The notes: a model not told the origin generated them from the sequence alone. Shown: positions 10,749 through 22,752, counted from the stretch's first letter. The stretch: 64,000 nt of DNA from an uncultured Methanomicrobiaceae archaeon (GCA_963826525.1 CAWGXH010000003.1:96001-160000); one strand, 5' to 3'. A program made the numbers and translations.

Positions 10749-11225
10749 CTATGTGAACTGGCAGGGCCGGCTATGGGCCGGGACCTGCTCTACCTGCACC
10801 AGGATCAGCACCGAAGGCTGGTCGCCCACGGTTCCCGACCGGTGCCCCCTGCGCCCCTGAGCGTCTGGCCTGGTGTTCTGGTCGTTGCCGAACGACAGCT
10901 CGCCCGGCCCCATCTCCACGCGCATGCCGTCCATGGTCTCCACGAACCAGCTGCCCGAGAGCGGCACGATCCATTGCGGCTTCGGGTTCTCGTGCCACTC
11001 GCCCACCCAGCCTGCGGGGAGGACAAGGACGATCACGTTGGCAGCCGGGCTGCTCAGCCTCTCGATCCACGACGGCGCCGCACCACTCGAGACACTCTCG
11101 AACGCAAAGTCGCTCAGCCGGCAGCGGTCTTGATGGCTCACGCCGTTTTCGTCGGTCCAGACGTGCCAGTATGGTACGTCGGGCCCGTCGGGATCGCTGC
11201 TCTGCAGTTTACGATTACTCTCCAT
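10749..11225 (-). CDS. cupin domain protein
   Basis: YWHVWTDENGVSHQ, GEWHENPKPQWIVPLSG, GHRS. Confidence 0.85.
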   Translation of the reverse strand: MESNRKLQSSDPDGPDVPYWHVWTDENGVSHQDRCRLSDFAFESVSSGAAPSWIERLSSPAANVIVLVLPAGWVGEWHENPKPQWIVPLSGSWFVETMDGMRVEMGPGELSFGNDQNTRPDAQGRRGHRSGTVGDQPSVLILVQVEQVPAHSRPCQFT

Positions 11226-11514
11226 GGCAGCCTCCACTCTCTCGGGTACGCGTTCTCTCCGTGCTCCTCTGCGAACTCGCAACGAGGCCTCGGCTCGAGC
11301 CTGAGCAGCGGTTCACGATATCTCGATGGGCACGATCATGAAGCCGAACGTGCGGAGATCCAGGCCTCGTCTCAAATATCTTTCGGCGCCTCATGTGGCT
11401 TGGGTGATCGACGATGACACCTCAAAATCTCCTCCGTATCGATGCTCTGCAGGAGATTCCCTTTGGGACCGCCACACCCCTTTTGCCGCTCACGATGTCG
11501 GAGGGTCGGGGCAA

Positions 11515-12375
11515 TCACCGTTCCGCATGCAAGGATAACCGTGCACGCAACCACGCTATGCGATCTTCCCGGGCCTCGTCGTTCAGGTAATGGCCGGCGT
11601 CGTACCACTCCATCGATCTCGGCTCGCTTGCTTTTTCAAAGAATTCCAGGGATTTCTCCCGCGTGAAAAGGTCGTCTCGAAGGCCGAACTGAAACAGAAC
11701 GGCTGACGGCGCAGCGTGACCGATGTAGTTGCCCGGGTCGATGGGCGCCAGTGTCCGGCGATATCTCTCAAGCGCCTCTCCTGCGAGAGACGGCATATTG
11801 AGCACGGCAACGTCCGTGAAGCTCCCCGTGCCCGCCATCAGGACATAGGCTTTCACCCGCTTCTCTACCCCGGACAGTACCCCGCCGACGAGTGCTCCGA
11901 AGCTGTGGCCCACGTACCCGATTCGGTTCGGATCCACATCCGGTCGTGCTTCAAGGAGATCGAGACCCCGGCGGAGCCCGACCACGGTCCGGATATGTTC
12001 CTGCACGGCATTCTCCGGATCCGCGAGCGTTCTCCCCCATGCCTCTCCGCCCTTCTCCGTCCAGGGCGCATCGATTAACAGGGAGACCGCCCCCCATCGA
12101 GCGAGCATCAAAGACTCATCCCGAAAAGTAGCCCGGCTTCCGGGTCCGGGATGAACATAGATGATGCCTGCGAAGCGGCCTGCCTTTGGTGGCACCACCA
12201 GATATGCATTGAACCGTATCCCGGGAGCGGCGTTGTAGTGCACGTCATGGATGGAGATTCCATCTCTCTGTTCTATGACGGTCTCTTCGATATCAAGAGG
12301 TACTTCGGGGTCATAATCGAACAGCGCCTGCAGACTCTCAAAAGACCTGCCCGGGAGCGGTAATTCGGATTTCAT
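11515..12375 (-). CDS. alpha/beta hydrolase (esterase/dienelactone hydrolase-like)
   Basis: VDPNRIGYVGHSFG nucleophile elbow; D...GH triad residues. Confidence 0.87.
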   Translation of the reverse strand: MKSELPLPGRSFESLQALFDYDPEVPLDIEETVIEQRDGISIHDVHYNAAPGIRFNAYLVVPPKAGRFAGIIYVHPGPGSRATFRDESLMLARWGAVSLLIDAPWTEKGGEAWGRTLADPENAVQEHIRTVVGLRRGLDLLEARPDVDPNRIGYVGHSFGALVGGVLSGVEKRVKAYVLMAGTGSFTDVAVLNMPSLAGEALERYRRTLAPIDPGNYIGHAAPSAVLFQFGLRDDLFTREKSLEFFEKASEPRSMEWYDAGHYLNDEAREDRIAWLRARLSLHAER

Positions 12376-13022
12376 GCCGCTCATCTCTGTGGTGTAAATC
12401 CGTGCGTCGCGACGATGCATCACGCAAGCCTCAATTGTATCGCACCGGTATAAAATGAATCGGTAGTGCTCCCGCTTACAACTGGAAGTAAATTTCAGGG
12501 GATCTGACCGCATTACATTGAGCAATGACCTGCATTCATGCAAAAAACTCAAACGGGGGGAGTGTTTCCATTATCAGTTGTTTCTTAGAGCACTACCGAA
12601 GGTTTCGTTAAAATCGGGAAAAGACGCTCATGTAGCCTTTTTCAGGATTGATACCGGGCGACTCCCCCGTGCACCCGGGTGCCCCGATGAGTGGAGGAGT
12701 CACAATGGCGAGTCCGATACCTATGTATTTGCATCCATTTCGGCTGCGTGATACCCCCTTTGTCCGGATGAGCGCTCTGGGACCTTTCGCGTTGCATAAA
12801 TATCGAAAGCAATTGCTGCTTTCTCTGATTGCCTATCCAAGATCTGTGAATCGGTATTGGGATATCAGGAAAAGAAGCAGGTATTATGCTTATTTTGGGC
12901 TTTTGGTTGCTATTCTGCCGCTTACACGACTACCTCATGCAATTTGTGCAGCACGGTACACCGTGACCTAATTTTATATAGTATCGTGGGTGTCGAGGGT
13001 TCGCAGAAAAGGAGGTTTCTAC

Positions 13023-13886
13023 ATGCCCTATATGAATGTCGGTAAAGAGAACTCAGGCACCATCGATCTCTATTACGAGGACCACGGCGCGGGGAAACCG
13101 GTCGTACTGGTTCACGGTTGGCCGCTCAGCAGTCTCTCCTGGGAGAAACAGGTGCCAACCCTGCTGGAAGCGGGGTACCGTGTCATCGCGTACGACCGCA
13201 GGGGGTTCGGTCACTCCAGCAAGCCGACCTTCGGCTACGACTACGATACCATGACCGGGGACCTGCACACACTCATGACGGAGCTCGATCTACGTGACGC
13301 CACGCTGGTAGGCTTCTCGATGGGCGGCGGTGAGGTGGCCCGCTACCTCGGCACTTACGGTAGCGAGCGCGTAGAGAGAGCGGTGTTTATATCTTCCGTC
13401 CCGCCGTTCCTGCTGAAGACGCCCGACAACCCTGACGGCATGGACGTCAGTGTCGCCGACGGGATCAAGCACAGTATCGTCGGAGACCGCCCGGCGTTCC
13501 TCTCCGCATTTCTCTTGAATTTCTACAATTTCGATGTCTTTGGGGGCGACCGCGTCAGCGACGAGGTCGTTCGGCTCAGCTGGAACGTCGCGGCCGGCGC
13601 CTCCCCCAGGGGCACTCTGGATTGCGTCACGGCGTTCTCATCGACCGACTTCCGAAGCGATCTTCAACGCATCGACGTGCCCACCCTGATCGTTCACGGC
13701 GATGCAGACCGAATTGTACCCTTCGCCATATCGGGAAAGCGCACCCATGAACAGGTCAAGGGAAGCCGGCTGGTGGTGGTTGAGGGCGGGCCGCATGGCA
13801 TTATCTGGACTCACGCCGGGATGGTCAACCGCGAGCTGCTGGATTTTCTCGGAAAGAAGGTCAAAGCGGCGCCGACGCCTACCTGA
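13023..13886 (+). CDS. alpha/beta hydrolase, non-heme haloperoxidase/perhydrolase-like
   Basis: HGWPL, DRRGFG, GFSMGG, HGDAD, GPHG; ggagg RBS. Confidence 0.92.
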   Translation: MPYMNVGKENSGTIDLYYEDHGAGKPVVLVHGWPLSSLSWEKQVPTLLEAGYRVIAYDRRGFGHSSKPTFGYDYDTMTGDLHTLMTELDLRDATLVGFSMGGGEVARYLGTYGSERVERAVFISSVPPFLLKTPDNPDGMDVSVADGIKHSIVGDRPAFLSAFLLNFYNFDVFGGDRVSDEVVRLSWNVAAGASPRGTLDCVTAFSSTDFRSDLQRIDVPTLIVHGDADRIVPFAISGKRTHEQVKGSRLVVVEGGPHGIIWTHAGMVNRELLDFLGKKVKAAPTPT

Positions 13887-14387
13887 GGTCTCGTGCAGGA
13901 GGGGATCGAGCGTCCATGGCGGGAGGTGGGCGAGCCGCCGGCTGCCATGGCACGTGTCGACTTTCTCAACGAGGTTTTGATGCCTATAGTGTCCTGAAAA
14001 GGATGATCATGACCTGCAAGCAAGCACCCGCCTACCTTACGCCGCTGCCGGGGTCGGTCCTCACCGGCTCCGGAATCCCTGCTCGATGAGCCGGGCAGCG
14101 ATCCGTCGGCGGGGGCGGGGGAACCATTATGTGATACCGCATCGATTCTTTGTCATCCGTTTTCATTATAGCACAGCAGCGTACGGGCAGGGCTATGTCG
14201 GCAGCTTCGGTTCCCCCCATGAGATGTCTCCCTCGCCGCGGCGAAAAGGAAACAGCCATAGTTATGCCGGGAGTGGAATTCGAGGCTCTCCATCGCGAGT
14301 GCGCAGCACATATGCGGTTAATTTTCGTTGCGGCACCGGCGCAGGATGAGTCAGGGGCTGCCTCAAGATGGAATCAGGGATAACGTG

Positions 14388-15407
14388 ATGCGAAAAAAGA
14401 TTGTGACAGCCGGACTTGCAGCCATTGCCGTGATAGCGCTGGCCGGATTTGGCGTATGGTATTTTCTCGACTCCCAGAAGGCCGCTACGGAACCTGTGGA
14501 AGCGATCACGGTTGCGTATTCACCTTTTGAGTATACCGCACTTTTTTGGATTGCCGATGACCAGCACTTTTTCGAGAAAAACGGCCTCAACCTGACCCTG
14601 CGGAAGTACGATTCCGGGGCTGCTTCACTGGATGGGGTGGCAAACGGTGAAGCGGACATTACCGTGGGGGTAACCGAGTTCCCCCTCGTCACGAAAGGCG
14701 TTCCAGAACGTAAAAGTACGGGTGATAGGAAACATCGATAAGGGTGATTTCATCTCCATTGTCGCGCGGAAGGACCGTGGAATCGAGAATGCCTCCGACC
14801 TTAAAGGGAAGAGGGTCGGGACGACTATCGGCACGGTCGCGGAATTCCATCTCGGGAGGTTCCTGGCGCTGCACGGCATGACGATGCGGGATATCACGCT
14901 CGTCGACGTAAAAACCCCTGATGGATGGGTAAATGCGGTTGCAGACGGAGACCTCGATGCTATTTCGACCGCACAACCGTATGTCAACGCAGCCGGAGAT
15001 CGCTTGGCGATAACGCTATTGTCTGGTCGGCGCAGAGTAGCCAGCCTCTGTTTGGGTTGGTCAGTATCCACGGATGAGTGGATAACGCGAGCATCCCGGA
15101 CAGGCCGAGCAGATTCCTCACGTCCCTCTGCAGAGGCAGAGGAGTATGCTACCATACACCCGGCCGAAGCCCGGACAATCGTGCAGGAACGGCTGAACCT
15201 CGATGCCGGGTATATGGATACGGTCTGGCGGCAGAACCAGTTCTGCCTTTCGCTCGACCAGTCGCTTATCCTGGCGATGGAGGACGAGGCGCGGTGGATG
15301 ATCGCGAACAATCTGACGAACGCACGGCGGTGCCGGATTTCCGGCAGTATATCTCCACTGACGGTCTGGAAACCGTGAGGCCCGGTTCGGTGAACATCAT
15401 TGAGTGA
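14388..15407 (+). CDS. membrane-anchored solute-binding protein, SsuA/NrtA/THI5-like (frameshifted)
   Basis: N-terminal TM anchor; FFEKNGLN, DLKGKRVG, SLDQSLILAMEDEARW across several frames. Confidence 0.8.
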
Positions 15408-15416
15408 GGCCGCGTT

Positions 15417-16434
15417 ATGAAGTGGAGTTCGCTTGTCGGGATCGCGGCTGTCATTCCGGTCGTTTTTGTAGGTCTTGGGGCACTGGTTCTCGTACAATCC
15501 CCGGAACCCCGTCTTCCGACCGAGGATATCACGATCGCAACATACCAAAACCAGCTCCCCGCGCTCATTTATGTTGCACAAGATCAGGGCTATTTTTCTG
15601 CAAACGGCCTCAACGTCACGATCCGGTACGATGATAGCGGAGCTCTCTCTGTTGATGCAGTGCTTGCGAAGGAAGCCGATATCGGGCTCGCTTCGGAGTA
15701 CGTCTTTGCCCGCAACATCGTGAACGGTCAGAACATTACCGCGCTTGGCAGTGTCGCAAAAACCCAGGACATCTACCTGATTGGGCGGAGGACCGCGGCA
15801 TCCGGAACCCGGCGGATCTTGCAGGCAAGAGGATCGGGCTTCCCGTGCGAACAGCCACGGAGTATTACCTGAGCAATACCTGAAACTGAACGGTATACCG
15901 TCGGAGGAAGTAACGGTGATCGATGTCCCGACCGCCTCTATCTCCGATGCCCTTGCGAACGGGACGGTGGACGGGGTTGTTATCGTCCAGCCGGTTGCGG
16001 GTGCTGTCAGGAGCCGGCTCGGGAGCAACGCAACTATGTGGCCTGTCCAGGGAGGACAGTCGTACTTCTGGACGCTGACCAGCCGGGAAGAGTGGGCGGA
16101 GAACCACGCAGATGCGGTCACCCGTTTCCTTGAGGCACTTGCCCTGGCCGAAGATGATCTCGCAACCGATCCGCAGGGAGCAAAATCGGCTGTGATCAGG
16201 GAGATTGGCTGCGATGATGCGTATCTCGAACAGGTATGGGGGGAAAGCCAGTTCTCCCTTTCGCTCGACCAGTCATTCGTCACTGCCATGGAGGACGAGG
16301 CACGGTGGATGATCGCAGATACTGTGGCAAGCGCGGAGCTGACTCCTGATTTTACCCGTTACATCTCCACGGAGAGCCTCGAACAGGTAAAACCCGGGTC
16401 GGTATACATCATAACGGGAAGGAGAGAGCCATGA
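15417..16434 (+). CDS. second SsuA/NrtA/THI5-like solute-binding protein (frameshifted)
   Basis: TM anchor, YVAQDQGYFSANGLNV, SLDQSFVTAMEDEARW; paralog of the preceding gene. Confidence 0.8.
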
Positions 16435-18038
16435 AGATCAGGACGCAGTTATTTGCCGGGATGGCCATCTTCGGGCTTCTCCTCGTCATCATATCGGGCC
16501 TCGTGATCACGACAAACCAGGAGACTGAGAAGCTCGTCGATCAGGGAGGAACTGGCAAACAGCATCGCCCTCGAGGTCGGCGAGCTCGGCTACCTCTCGA
16601 GCGACTATATCCTGTACCGGGAGCCCCAGCAGGCAGAGCGGTGGAACGCGAAGTTTTCCTCCGTATCCGACCATATCGCGGGTCTCTCCGTCGACCGGCC
16701 GGAGCAGCAGGTGATCGTCGGCAACCTTAAAGCAAACCTCAAAAACACCAGATCGGTCTTCGACGACATCGTATCGAGCCCCGCACAGTCCGGAGGGATA
16801 GATACCGGCTTCGTCCAGCTCTCCTGGAGCAGGATGGCGGTCCAGAACCAGGGGATGGTCTTTGACGCGGGAAGGCTCTCCCATCTCCTTCGCGACCAGG
16901 CGGACGAGCTGAGGCAGGCACGGAAGCTGCTCATCTTCGCGCTGATGGGGGCGTTCGTCGCGTTTCTCCTCACCAGTTATCTCCTCTTCTCCCGGCGGAC
17001 GCTGAAGTCGATTGCGGACCTGCAGGAAGGAGCACGGATCATCGGTTCCGGAAACCTCGATTATACCATCGATGAGAAGGGAGACGACGAGATCAGCGAA
17101 CTCTCCCGATCCTTCAACCTGATGACCTCCGACTTAAAACACGTCATCGCCTCAAAAGCCGACCTCGAGCGGGAGATCGCCGGCCGGAAACAGGCCGAGG
17201 AGGAACTGCAGCAGCTGCTCGTCCAGCTGGAGGACCGGACGCATCAACTGGAGGCGACCGCCGCGAACCTCCAGGCAGCCAATGAGGAACTCGAGATCAC
17301 GAACGAAGAGATGGAGATCGCCAACGAGGAATTGCAGGCGATCACCGACGAACTCGTCCGGCAGAGCCGGGAGCTTGAGGAGGCGCATCGCGAGGCGAAT
17401 CTCTACCTGGATATCATGACCCACGACATCCGGAACGCGAACAACGTCTCCAGCATGTACGCCGACCTCCTGGCCGATCTCGCGGAAGGAGACCCGAAGA
17501 CCTATGCGGAGAAACTGCACGACAGCATCGATCGAAGCAGCGAGATCCTCAGGAACGTCGCCACAATACGCAGAGTTCAGAGTGAGTCGGCTCGCCGCGT
17601 GCCGGTAGACCTCGATGCGGTCATCCGGGAGGAGCTCGGCACCTCCCCCGGGGCATCGATACAGTATGACGGTCGGCGGATCGAGGTGCTGGCGGACGGT
17701 CTTCTGCCGGGCATCTTCACGAACCTCTCGGCAACGCCGTCAAGTTCGGCGGTCCGGATGTTGCGATTGCCATCCGGATCGAGGATCAGGACGCCGGGGT
17801 GCTGGTGACGGTCGAGGACACCGGCCCTGGCGTTCCGGACGAGATCAAAGAGAAACTCTTCCACCGGTTCGAGCGGGGCATGGGCAAAGGAAGGGGCGAG
17901 GGACTTGGGCTCTTCATCGTCAGGACCCTCATCGAGCGCTACGGCGGGAAGGTCTGGATCGACGACCGGATGCCCGGCCATCCGGAGGAAGGAGTGGCCT
18001 TTAAGTTCACGCTCCAAAAAGCCCCGCAAAACAGCTGA
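16431..18038 (+). CDS. membrane sensor histidine kinase with HAMP domain (frameshifted)
   Basis: Two TM helices, HAMP (DEISELSRSFNLM), coiled coil, H-box THDIRN, DTGPG and GLGL G-boxes; ATGA overlap with upstream gene. Confidence 0.85.
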
Positions 18039-18275
18039 GAGATCTGAAAACAAGCTTGCGCCGTAATTCGTATGCTCTCTTGAGTCGTGCGGAGGGGTGC
18101 AGCAACAGGTCGGTGGCGTGACATTACTCTGGTGAGCAGCAATGATTGCGGTGGTGATCGCGTCGGAAGAGACGGAACAGACCTCATTCCTGCACACTTC
18201 CTCTTCCGGGGAGAGGAAAGCCGAACCCCGAACGTTTTCGCCGCCTCTGCGATAAAATTATATGCCGAGGGGCTG

Positions 18276-18875
18276 ATGGGCACGCCTATGCCCATAGGTG
18301 TTGCCGAGAAAGTGAAAGGCTTCTTCTTGAAACCTTCAGCGATGTTTCAGGCCACGAGAACGGAAAGCCTGAGCAGCGCATTCCAGTATTACGTGATACT
18401 GCTTATCATTTTTAGCGTGCTGCTGTTCATTGTTGTTGCCGTTGCATCCACAGCGATCCCCGCCATAACAAGCGGGCTTTTACCCGTGCGGTTCGGGGCC
18501 GGACTAAGCCTGTTTTTGGTCTTCTCCCTCTTCGTGATCCAGCTTTACGGGATATTCCTGAGCGGACTTACGTATCATGTATTCGTGATCCTGTTCGGCG
18601 GGAGACAGGGAGTGGTCCAGACTATAAAAACCGTCATGTACGCCTCAACGCCGCACTTTATCCTGGGATGGATCCCCATCATCTCAATCGTCGGGGCCGT
18701 CTGGACGTTGATCCTCATCATCATCGGAATACGAGAGAACCAGGAGATGCCGCTCGGCCGTGCCGTCCTGGTGCTCATCGTCCCACTGGTCCTTGGCCTG
18801 ATCTCCTGGGGACTTTTCGCCCTGACACTGGGAGCGCTCTACCGCGCCCGGTTGCGTGCCCTGACTGGAATATGA
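18276..18875 (+). CDS. Yip1 family membrane protein
   Basis: KGFFLKPS..F, YASTP..ILGWIP, about 5 TM helices. Confidence 0.8.
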   Translation: MGTPMPIGVAEKVKGFFLKPSAMFQATRTESLSSAFQYYVILLIIFSVLLFIVVAVASTAIPAITSGLLPVRFGAGLSLFLVFSLFVIQLYGIFLSGLTYHVFVILFGGRQGVVQTIKTVMYASTPHFILGWIPIISIVGAVWTLILIIIGIRENQEMPLGRAVLVLIVPLVLGLISWGLFALTLGALYRARLRALTGI

Positions 18876-19038
18876 TGCCGGCAGGGCGGAACGACCGGCC
18901 GTGCGGGAGAGAAGGGGTTCGGCCTTGCCGCTCGAGCACCCTGACCCCTCAAATATCGAACCAAAATCTGCGGAAGGATTCCGAGATCATCCCGTTTCGG
19001 GAATCTTTAATTACGAGAAACAGGACTCGTGATATGTT

Positions 19039-19953
19039 GTGATCGATGCTGAAAACCTCACCCGGAAATTCGGCGATCTGACGGCGGTGGATAACGTAAC
19101 TTTTCATATCGATGAGGGGGAGGTCTTCGGCCTTCTGGGACCCAATGGAGCGGGGAAGACCACCACGGTGCGGATGCTCTGCGGCCTCATCGCTAAGACC
19201 AGCGGGGATGCACGAATAGCCGATTATGATATCGGGAAAGATCCCTTGCAGATCCGGAAGATCATCGGGCTGATCCCGGAGAACGTCGGTCTTTATGGCG
19301 AACTGAGCGCCTACCGCAACCTCGATTTTTACGCCAGGTTGTATGAACGGACCGACCGGCAACGGAGCGAGAGCATCGAGCGCCTTCTCAAGATGTTAGG
19401 GATCTGGGAGGAGCGAGACCAGCCCGTAGGCACGTTCTCCAAGGGAATGAAACAGCGGGTTGCCATCGCCCGGGCACTGGTGCATGACCCCCAGATTCTG
19501 TTTCTGGACGAGCCCACCGCAAACCTGGATCCGGAGGCGGCAAAGACGGTGCGGGACTTCATCCTTGAACTGAAGAAAGAGGAGAAGACCATCTTCCTCA
19601 ATACGCACAATCTGGACGAAGCCCAGAAACTCTGCGACCGCATCGGGATTCTGAGAACCCACCTGCTCCGCATCGGCACACCCGGGGAGCTGAAGGAATC
19701 GCTCTGGGGCAGCAAAACCGTCATCCAGCTGCAGGAAGTCAACGACTCCATCGTGGAAGCAGTACAAAAACAGACCGCGAACAAGGTGGCGGTCGAGGAT
19801 CACCGGCTGGTGATCGACGTGATGAACGCGGAGCAGGAAAATCCCGGTCTGGTGGAGGCCATCGTCTCCGCGGGCGGCCGCATCCAGTTCGTGCAGGGCC
19901 TCAGCCCGACCCTGGAAGACGTATACTTAAAGATCGTGAGGGAGAACGAATGA
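19039..19953 (+). CDS. ABC transporter ATP-binding protein
   Basis: GPNGAGKTT, FSKGMKQR, LFLDEPT. Confidence 0.95.
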   Translation: MIDAENLTRKFGDLTAVDNVTFHIDEGEVFGLLGPNGAGKTTTVRMLCGLIAKTSGDARIADYDIGKDPLQIRKIIGLIPENVGLYGELSAYRNLDFYARLYERTDRQRSESIERLLKMLGIWEERDQPVGTFSKGMKQRVAIARALVHDPQILFLDEPTANLDPEAAKTVRDFILELKKEEKTIFLNTHNLDEAQKLCDRIGILRTHLLRIGTPGELKESLWGSKTVIQLQEVNDSIVEAVQKQTANKVAVEDHRLVIDVMNAEQENPGLVEAIVSAGGRIQFVQGLSPTLEDVYLKIVRENE

Positions 19954-20696
19954 GGCTATCCATCGCGTGGATCATCGCATCGAAGGAGCTGAGCACCTTC
20001 CGGAAAAAGAGGAGTGTCCTCTTCAGCGTAATCGTGTTTCCCCTCTTCGTGGGCATCGGACTGCCTCTGCTGATCCGCTATCTTCTGGTGAGCTCCGGGA
20101 GCATCTCCGCTGATGCATTGTCGGCATTGCTTGATGTCATAAACGCATTCGCCTTTTTCTTCATCGTCGGTGCGGGCATCCTTCCCACCGCGATCGCATC
20201 CTACAGCATCGTCGGCGAAAAGGAGGCACAAAGCCTGGAGCCGCTTCTTGCCACACCAACCACCGACGGCGAGATCCTTCTGGGTAAGAGCATCGGCGCA
20301 CTTCTTCCTCCCCTGGTCGCCATCTGGATAGGTGCGGTCATCTTCATGGCCCTGATCGACATCTATACCGTCGGCTTGCTGGGCTATCTCTACTATCCCA
20401 ACGGGAGCATAGCAGTCATCATGCTGCTGCTGGTGCCCCTAGCGGCCATCACCGCAGTTGAGCTGAGCGTGATCCTTTCGGCCAGGGTAAATGATGTCCG
20501 GAGCGCACAGCAACTCGGATCCTTGATCGTGATCCCCTTTGCCGTCATCTATGTGCTGGGCGAGATAGGTGCGTTCCCGCTCACGGTGCCGTACCTCCTC
20601 ATCCTCGCGGCCATTATCCTGGTCGTCGATATCGGGCTGTTCTCTCTGAGTGTGTCAACGTTCCGGAGGGAAGAGATCCTCACGAAGTGGAGGTAG
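19950..20696 (+). CDS. ABC-2 type transporter permease
   Basis: SYSIVGEKE..SLEPLLATP..GK; 6 TM; coupled to the ATPase. Confidence 0.92.
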   Translation: MRLSIAWIIASKELSTFRKKRSVLFSVIVFPLFVGIGLPLLIRYLLVSSGSISADALSALLDVINAFAFFFIVGAGILPTAIASYSIVGEKEAQSLEPLLATPTTDGEILLGKSIGALLPPLVAIWIGAVIFMALIDIYTVGLLGYLYYPNGSIAVIMLLLVPLAAITAVELSVILSARVNDVRSAQQLGSLIVIPFAVIYVLGEIGAFPLTVPYLLILAAIILVVDIGLFSLSVSTFRREEILTKWR

Positions 20697-20784
20697 TATA
20701 TGGTGAGACGCCGGCCGGAAACGATGATCCGGGTCTCAGACGAAGACAGCGGGCAGTTCCCGACCGGACGGTAAGGAGCGGGAA

Positions 20785-21967
20785 ATGAAAATCTTCAGAG
20801 GGCTCAATGATCCTCCTGCACCTGGCCAGCCGGCCGACCGGCTGTTCTTCGCCGACAACCTGCGGACCTGGCCGATCGTCCTGTGGTGCTGCACCACATC
20901 GCCCTCGTCTACGGGCCAATCGCCCCATTCTACTACGCGGAGCCGGCACCGGCTAGCGATGTCCTCTTTTATATTTTCGTGCTCGTGTTCGTGCTCTCCG
21001 ACCGGGCCTACTTCATGGGTCTCCTCTTCCTGGTCTCCGGGCACTTCACCCCCGGCTCGCTCGAACGGAAGGGTGAGAAAATGTTCGTCCGTGACCGCCT
21101 GGTCCGGCTGGGGATCCCACTGGTGTTCTTCTTCCTCAGCCCGCTCGCGTGGCTCGGGTTATACGCGATGCCGCCAACCCTGAGATCTTTGTTCGCTACC
21201 GCGGGCATACCCCTCCCTACTTTCGACGACATCACAGATTCCTTCGGCATTGGCCCCATGTGGTTTGTGGAGATGCTGTTCATCTTTGATGTCGGCTTTG
21301 CGATCTGGTGGGTGCTCCGGCAGAGACGCAGTCCCCCCAAGAGGGCCGCGCCGATGAACGGAACGGCGCTCCGCCCCGCGACCGGACCATCGCCGCCTCC
21401 ATCATCCTCCTGGCGCTGGCCAGTTACCTGATCCGGATCATCATCCCGCTCGGCACGTTTGTCGTAGAATTCCCGACGTTGTCCTATCTCCCGCAGTACC
21501 TCGAGCTTCTTCATCATCGGCATCGTCGCGGTCCGGCGCAACTGGTTTGTGACCATCCCGAAGTCGATGGGCAGGATGGGATTTTTGATCGCCGGGATCG
21601 CAATGGTCACCCTCTTCCCCTGGCACTGATCGGAGGGGCAGCCTTCATTGGGAACGGGAGCTGGTCGTCCGTGGTCTATGCCCTCTGGGACTCGACGGTG
21701 GCGGTGGGGATGGCACTCGGCCCGATCACGCTCTTCCGGGACGACCGGTTCAACCACTCAGGCCGGTTCTTCCGGTTCCTGCAACGGCACTCCTACACGG
21801 TCTACTTCATCCAGGCCCCGCTCATCGTGCTGGTCGCGGTCTCGCTGAAGGATCTTGTGCTCCCGCCATTCGTAAAATTCGTCCTGGTGTCGTTCATCAC
21901 GGTCCCGTTCTGCTTCGTCGTGGCCTACCTGATCCTGAAGATCCCATACGCGGACAGGGTCCTCTGA
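20785..21967 (+). CDS. acyltransferase 3 family (OpgC-like) membrane protein (several frameshifts)
   Basis: RLFFADNLR, VVLHH, YFMGLLFLVSGHF, DRLVRLGIP, GPMWFV, SYTVYFIQ. Confidence 0.8.
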
Positions 21968-22064
21968 TATCCGGAGATGCCGGGCGGGACTGGCTGCTAT
22001 TGATGACACTCTCTGGTGTTCTCCGGTCATGGTACCGGCCGAGCATCTCCGCTCGCCACATCCC

Positions 22065-22643
22065 TCATTTTTTCTCTATCGAGGAGAGCCAGGCCCACGG
22101 ACCTTCGGCCCGGGTGCGGCTCTCGAAGGACGCCGGCCGGATGTACTTGATGGTCCAGCCGTCACGGAAGCTCTCCTGTATCTCTCTTTGCGATATTCTC
22201 CTCGGGCCGTATCCGCCGGGCTCCAGGTCACTGAAGCAGAGCATGAAGTACTTCCCGCCCGGGGCCAGGACGGCTGCAAGGTTTTCCACGAAGATCGACC
22301 GGTCCTCGTCGGACAGGGTATGGAAGAGCCCCGAATCCGTGGCCGTATCGAACTGCCTGTCGAGGGTGGCAAGTTCGAGTGCGTTCAGGACAAGAAAATG
22401 CACCAGGAGTCCCCTTTCGGCAGCCTTCTCCTTTGCCTTCCCGATCGCCAGGGGTGCGGAATCGATCCCCCACACCTCATGCCCCTCCTCCGCAAAGAAG
22501 AGGGCGTGCTCTCCTGTCCCGCACCCAATGTCCAGGACAGATCCGACGATCTCGCCCCTCCGAACCAGTTCCACGAACTCTTTCTGCGGCCGTCCGATGT
22601 CCCACGGTGGAGTGCCCCTGTATGCCCGGTCAAAGAAATCCAT
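22065..22643 (-). CDS. class I SAM-dependent methyltransferase
   Basis: PPWDIGRPQ, VLDIGCGTGE, DSGLFH. Confidence 0.92.
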   Translation of the reverse strand: MDFFDRAYRGTPPWDIGRPQKEFVELVRRGEIVGSVLDIGCGTGEHALFFAEEGHEVWGIDSAPLAIGKAKEKAAERGLLVHFLVLNALELATLDRQFDTATDSGLFHTLSDEDRSIFVENLAAVLAPGGKYFMLCFSDLEPGGYGPRRISQREIQESFRDGWTIKYIRPASFESRTRAEGPWAWLSSIEKK

Positions 22644-22752
22644 AGCTCACCATGACTTAACCGGTGTGCTTATCATTTTTGTCCATATCGATGAGAATTG
22701 CGATTAACCCGTCCCTCTCCTCAAATTCCTACTCCCTCCTGCCCCCCCTTCA

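Noticed and set aside
11362-11472. Weak inverted ends suggesting more MITEs (also 42081-42218)
   Set aside because: Matches are too short and imperfect to support without a genome-wide copy search.
17260-17360. NEEL heptad repeats in the kinase
   Set aside because: Ordinary coiled-coil signalling helix.
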